Shown piece by piece: positions 59,269 to 64,000 of a stretch of DNA of 64,000 nt. Each line of letters starts with the position of its first letter. Positions within the stretch are counted from its first letter, which is position 1. A model generated the notes under the pieces. The model did not search any database. It was not told the DNA's origin and worked only from the letters and a program-made list of their open reading frames with translations. This stretch comes from a virus. The stretch is taken from positions 1 through 64,000 of IMG/VR virus record IMGVR_UViG_3300020596_000023; one strand, 5' to 3'. The position numbers and the translations under genes are program-made.

Positions 59269-60375
59269 TTATTGAATTGTTCTTAAAATCTCTGCTCTAG
59301 TTGATATTGCTGCAAGCTTTACAGCTTCCTTTACTACTTCCATAGCAATGAATCGTTTGTTACCATAACTTACACCTAAGTCCAAACCCTGATTAATCTC
59401 ATGGTCTATTAACTTAGGCAGTCTTAAATATTTCAATTCGTATTGAAACAGATTAAACTTGTTATAATGAAAAGCTAGTAGATGTTGGCCTGACATGCTA
59501 CAATAAGGTGAAGACTTTTTTACTTTAGTATAAGGATCATCTGATCCTACACCTTCATATTCATCATCTAAAAACCTTACGTTTTCAACCCATCTGGAAG
59601 TGCCAGTACTAATTTGCTTACTTAATACAAACGATTGTTTTACAATAGAATCTACTGCTTCAAGTCCAGTAGTATCTGTATAAGTAACAGTCATATCAAC
59701 TAAAGATGTAGTCAAACTATTAGGCTTTTGAACTAAAATGTAACTGTCTTTAACATACAAGTCAGCAAACCGTTCGTAGTAGACTTCTACAAAATGTGAA
59801 GCATTACCACCGTATTGCAACAAGTATCTATTAAAAACCAATGGATACAAGTTTATATCAGAAAGCCCTGTAATTGACAGAGTTACTAATCTAAACATAT
59901 CAGCATCACCTACCGGTGCACCTATATCATTATTAACAGTACAATTGATGTAAAACTTACGAAGCTTCTCACTAATAGTAGTTGCTGTAAGAGTTGCATT
60001 TAATTTAATTACCCAATAATTAAAAGTACTACCTACTGTAGAAGTACTTCTATCAGAACAATAAGAATTAGAATTTAATCTAACTCCTATTGTCCTATAG
60101 AAATCTTGTGGAAAGAATCCACGTACAGCCCTGTCATTGAAAAGATATAACGGATTGGTGTAAAAAGATTGTAGACTTTGCAACAACTCCGCAGCTACAA
60201 CATTATCACTATAACCTAAAGTAGTTTTATCAGCAGGGAAATACTTGTCAATGACAGATAACTGACCATAGTTCAGCCATTCATCTATCTTATGATTTGT
60301 GAACGTAGTGTTCTCAAAGTCACCACTTTCTTGAAGTAACATTTGAAACTGTACGTGAATTTCTTGCCAAGTCAT
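59269..60375 (-). CDS. tail ring protein (crAss gene 74-like)
   Basis: MTWQEIHVQF, IDEWLNYGQ, YLRLP, EVVKEAV. Confidence 0.7.
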   Translation of the reverse strand: MTWQEIHVQFQMLLQESGDFENTTFTNHKIDEWLNYGQLSVIDKYFPADKTTLGYSDNVVAAELLQSLQSFYTNPLYLFNDRAVRGFFPQDFYRTIGVRLNSNSYCSDRSTSTVGSTFNYWVIKLNATLTATTISEKLRKFYINCTVNNDIGAPVGDADMFRLVTLSITGLSDINLYPLVFNRYLLQYGGNASHFVEVYYERFADLYVKDSYILVQKPNSLTTSLVDMTVTYTDTTGLEAVDSIVKQSFVLSKQISTGTSRWVENVRFLDDEYEGVGSDDPYTKVKKSSPYCSMSGQHLLAFHYNKFNLFQYELKYLRLPKLIDHEINQGLDLGVSYGNKRFIAMEVVKEAVKLAAISTRAEILRTIQ

Positions 60376-60386
60376 ATCTACAAAAG

Positions 60387-61349
60387 TTAGTTACTACCGT
60401 TAGTCATTTTCATCTTCAAAAACGAGTAAGTTTCCGCATTAACCGGAGTTCTTAGCCACTGCACCGCTGACATCATATTACTACCAATACTTTGGTTATC
60501 GTAGAACAATGCACCGCTATTATCTGCTCTCTTAATAATATCTTTCGATACCAACCAATTAACCAAAGCTTCATCAGCCAAACTATTGGACTCAACTACT
60601 CGAATGAATTCTACTGGATTTTCTTCTACAAAATCATAGATGCTAATTAAAGCACTATCCTTATCGTTATGAGTAGGACGATTTGCAGCTAACAATACCA
60701 TATTCATCTTATCAATATCCAACGTGACCTCTGCTCTAAGTTTAGAAGCTTTATCTTTAATGCGAATTGCAGTAATTCGGTTTTCACGAACTTGCACTTC
60801 TGTAAATAAGTAAAACTTAATGAAAGTACCTTTATTACGTTCCTCATAATTATTAGCTACAGTAGCATTTACTAGACACATGCGAAATATTGCATAGTCC
60901 CTAGAATTAAGTGGAACTAACTTATCATCAACAATCTTAAATCCTACTTCTAACGGATAGTGCGAACGAGTAGAAACTTCAATAAGAAACCCTTTCCAGT
61001 AATCTTGAACAGACTTAGTATAAGTAGCTTTGTCGTAGTCAATACCTAGAATATCTAACATGATTTCACGTTCTTCTTCTAAACTATCAAACACTTGACG
61101 AATACCTTTACCTTTCTGAGTCAATGTTGGGCCAATCTCCAACCATGATTTATAATCATTCTCGATTTGTCTACTACCTTGTTTTACAATCGGTAATACG
61201 AAGTGAGTTTCTTTAGCTCTAACTTCAACAATACAAGAATTAATTACTTTACCAATAAACGGATTATCTGCCCCGGAAAAAACAAGCTTAGGCTCACTTA
61301 TATTAGTACTACCTTCCGCAGAAGTCTGTACTTTTTGTGTTACTGCCAT
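60387..61349 (-). CDS. conserved protein downstream of MCP (crAss gene 75-like)
   Basis: 320 aa; DYWKGF, NPVEF, IGSNMMSAVQWL; synteny. Confidence 0.7.
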   Translation of the reverse strand: MAVTQKVQTSAEGSTNISEPKLVFSGADNPFIGKVINSCIVEVRAKETHFVLPIVKQGSRQIENDYKSWLEIGPTLTQKGKGIRQVFDSLEEEREIMLDILGIDYDKATYTKSVQDYWKGFLIEVSTRSHYPLEVGFKIVDDKLVPLNSRDYAIFRMCLVNATVANNYEERNKGTFIKFYLFTEVQVRENRITAIRIKDKASKLRAEVTLDIDKMNMVLLAANRPTHNDKDSALISIYDFVEENPVEFIRVVESNSLADEALVNWLVSKDIIKRADNSGALFYDNQSIGSNMMSAVQWLRTPVNAETYSFLKMKMTNGSN

Positions 61350-61388
61350 TACTATTAAGTTTATTTTAGTTTTTAAAATCAGTCTCTA

Positions 61389-62891
61389 CTAATAACCGAA
61401 TGCGGTATAATCTGGTTGGAACTGAACTGACCAAGTGTCATTAAACATAACCAAACCTTGAGTGCATAAGAAGTGAACACTTGTACGATCTGTACCAGTA
61501 GCAAGCTGCAAGTATTCTCCATTACCCTTGTAATTCAAGAACCCTGTCTTACTTACATCTGCCATACCTTGTTCCAAGCCTTTAACTTCACCACGACCAG
61601 CTTCCGACAACAATTGTAAGTTGCTTTGACCATCATAGTCAGAAGCATCTACAATGTAGGCTTCATAACTTGCAAGACTACGACCACTTACAGGGTGAAT
61701 TGGAGCAGCATCAGCATAACCAGACTTATTCAAAAATTCCAATGGAACCAATACATAAGTAGGGCCATCAATATGCTTGTAAGCTTGAATGTAGTTACCC
61801 AAAGTCAAACGACCTTGCACTTCACTCAAGAAGTCTTTACTAGTATTAGCAGATACTAATTGGAAGATTCGAGAATCAACCATAGCATTATGCCATTCCT
61901 CAGCAAAACCACCACCACAGAAAATTGGAATAGTTTGATTGCCATCATCAGGCTTACCACGGAAAGTTGCACCAAGAATCCTATTGATATAAGATTCCGT
62001 CAAAGTTGAGTAAGTCAATGATTGTGTAATCTGCTGCTTCAAACCGGGAGCAGAAGGAACATAATCATTACTGTAATCATCAAACAAGTGAGTTGTACCG
62101 TCAGCAGCATAGCTATATTCAGACAAGAACAATTCCATGTGTTTGTCTTTCTTAAATTCCAACCATTGCTGGAACTCATACCAAGACAACCAGTAGTTAC
62201 TGTTATTACCCATAGTATCAACAAAGTTAAATTCTACCACTTTGTTGGCAATGTTACCTGCCATGTGATAAGACTTACGCAATGTGTTGATACAGCCCTT
62301 CCGACGACCCGGAGTTTGAACATGTCCGTAGTTGCCAATAGAATTAGCAACACTAACTTTACCCGGACCGACTTGACCCCAAATTGCATTAGGTAAAGTA
62401 TCACGATACGGAATAGTAGCACCTGGTCTAATTGCCATCAATCGGTAACGATACCGACTTTCACTAATACGTTTTGGTGTATCTTGTACACGACAAATTA
62501 CACCTGATGGAGAACGAACAGAAGTTTCATAGATAAACCAATCGGTTTTGAAATCCAGAATAACTTCCATACCACCACCAATAGTATCGGATGAGGCGTA
62601 ACTAGAAGCAGCTACAGCCTCAGTTTCTTTCATAGCACCAATAACCGGATACTCAAAGAAATGATTGTGTACTTCTGCTTTACCAATTCTACCACCACCT
62701 TCTAGCATTGCTAAGAGAGGAAACATTTTAGAACTATCATTCCAATTTCCCATCAACTTAGTAATGACTGGCCTCAACAAGTCTGGTTGAGACATATAAG
62801 CAGAAGTCAGGTTATTAACTGAGGTAAACTTATCTGTATTGATTCCCTCAGCATGTACCGTGATCCTACTATGCAGATCATTTGCTGCCAT
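61389..62891 (-). CDS. major capsid protein
   Basis: 500 aa; LRKSYHMAGN, SAPGLKQQI, CGGG, YKHIDG, IHPVSG, crAss-like MCP patterns. Confidence 0.88.
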   Translation of the reverse strand: MAANDLHSRITVHAEGINTDKFTSVNNLTSAYMSQPDLLRPVITKLMGNWNDSSKMFPLLAMLEGGGRIGKAEVHNHFFEYPVIGAMKETEAVAASSYASSDTIGGGMEVILDFKTDWFIYETSVRSPSGVICRVQDTPKRISESRYRYRLMAIRPGATIPYRDTLPNAIWGQVGPGKVSVANSIGNYGHVQTPGRRKGCINTLRKSYHMAGNIANKVVEFNFVDTMGNNSNYWLSWYEFQQWLEFKKDKHMELFLSEYSYAADGTTHLFDDYSNDYVPSAPGLKQQITQSLTYSTLTESYINRILGATFRGKPDDGNQTIPIFCGGGFAEEWHNAMVDSRIFQLVSANTSKDFLSEVQGRLTLGNYIQAYKHIDGPTYVLVPLEFLNKSGYADAAPIHPVSGRSLASYEAYIVDASDYDGQSNLQLLSEAGRGEVKGLEQGMADVSKTGFLNYKGNGEYLQLATGTDRTSVHFLCTQGLVMFNDTWSVQFQPDYTAFGY

Positions 62892-62924
62892 ACAATAAAA
62901 ATTAAATTAGGTTATAGAATACTT

Positions 62925-64000
62925 TTAAAATACCAATTTAGATACATCAGCTTTTACTTCAACCCCACCATTTCCAGTATTTATTCTTTGTGTTGGTGGT
63001 GCAGTAGTTTGTTTAGTTATAATAGCTTTAACTGTACGTCTTGTAGTATCAGAAGTAGCTTTTACTAAAAGCTTATTAAAATCAGCTAATTTAATTTTAC
63101 CAGTACTAACTGCATACCTTAGATATTTCTCAGCAAGGAAATGCTCATCAGTCATAACTTTACTAAACTTAGCTTCTTCTGTTTCACCATTTTTAGGTTC
63201 GGCTAAAAACTTATAAAAATTAGTAGCATCGGAAGCTTCCAGTTTAAATCCGTTCAAATCCAAACTATTTATCTTAGATTCAACTTTACCCCAATAAGCC
63301 TTACGATCTGCTAATTCTTTAGATTGTTGTATACTAGCTTTTTCAACCTTCAATTGATCTTGCTCTTGATAGAACTTAGTCAAAGACTCTTTAGCAGTTT
63401 TATAATAGTCTGAAAGCTGTTCGGTGTCTCTCAAAGCCGTATAGATGCTCTCAGGGTCTTTCACATGAGCGACATTGGTAAGGAAATGTAGCACTACAGA
63501 CTTGGTTTGATCTGCTGATGGTGTTTCTGATATGCTTCCAAAATCAATCCTGTCATTATTATTACGAGCCAAAAATTGATCCACTGTGCCGCCACCTATT
63601 AGATGTAGGATAAGATCAGAAGCTATTGGGTTGTCTTTACCTAAGTCTTCAATAGTTGCTAAGGTTTGAGCTTGGCCAACCTTTGTGACAATATCAATTA
63701 AAGATTCAGCCGAACCGTTAAAAAACAAGCTTCTCTCTTCTACCGGCAATAGTGAAAGAACAGGTTCAAGTCGTTCTTGCACTATTTTGTTTAAAATAAT
63801 ATGATCTACATTTACATCTTCATTTAAACCAACTTCACCAGTCTCTTCATTAAAACTAAATTCTTCTTTCTTTGCAATAAGAAAGTCTTTACCATCTCGT
63901 TGTACAAACAAGTTACCATCTGCACCAATTATGTAAGGTAATTCATCAGTAGTACTAGTTTCTCCAGTAGTCTCAAGACTATCAGAAGTATCGGTACTAT
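62925..64000 (-). CDS. putative scaffold-like protein upstream of MCP (probably 5'-truncated by the window)
   Basis: Acidic helical ORF; frame appears to stay open to the window edge. Confidence 0.6.
   Translation of the reverse strand, partial: STDTSDSLETTGETSTTDELPYIIGADGNLFVQRDGKDFLIAKKEEFSFNEETGEVGLNEDVNVDHIILNKIVQERLEPVLSLLPVEERSLFFNGSAESLIDIVTKVGQAQTLATIEDLGKDNPIASDLILHLIGGGTVDQFLARNNNDRIDFGSISETPSADQTKSVVLHFLTNVAHVKDPESIYTALRDTEQLSDYYKTAKESLTKFYQEQDQLKVEKASIQQSKELADRKAYWGKVESKINSLDLNGFKLEASDATNFYKFLAEPKNGETEEAKFSKVMTDEHFLAEKYLRYAVSTGKIKLADFNKLLVKATSDTTRRTVKAIITKQTTAPPTQRINTGNGGVEVKADVSKLVF
63717..63750 (+). repeat. dispersed motif A copy 7
   Basis: GTTAAAAAACAAGCTTCTCTCTTCTACCGGCAAT inside the gene (antisense). 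Confidence 0.9.

Noticed and set aside
4105-63750. Motif A as a CRISPR repeat, IS end or protein repeat
   Set aside because: Copies are kilobases apart, there is no transposase or target duplication, host ORFs are uninterrupted, and translations differ
26199-63911. Stop-codon reassignment, known in some Crassvirales
   Set aside because: Very long ORFs are intact in the standard code, and TAG/TGA end genes at tight junctions

Overview
This is a 64 kb segment of an AT-rich crAss-like (Crassvirales-type) phage, probably infecting a Bacteroidetes host, read in the standard genetic code. The + strand (1-25.8 kb) holds small early/accessory genes and a replication module: SF1 helicase, PolA, SF2 helicase, DnaB-like helicase, ssDNA-annealing protein, primase, UDG, Gp157, DUF932, MazG-like and RadC/JAB. 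The - strand (26.2-64 kb) holds the virion module: MCP, ring/tail proteins, muzzle, cargo proteins and a 3770-aa virion RNA polymerase with a DFDVD motif. Two signals are not explained by the gene map. First, a ~34-bp motif with the invariant core TTCTACCGGC occurs seven times, inside genes (three different reading registers) and between genes, in strictly alternating orientation and with steadily growing spacing. Second, integron attC-like hairpins flank small cassette-like genes at 7.3-8.4 kb, with no integrase in view. Protein calls come from motif recognition and gene order only; no database search was run.
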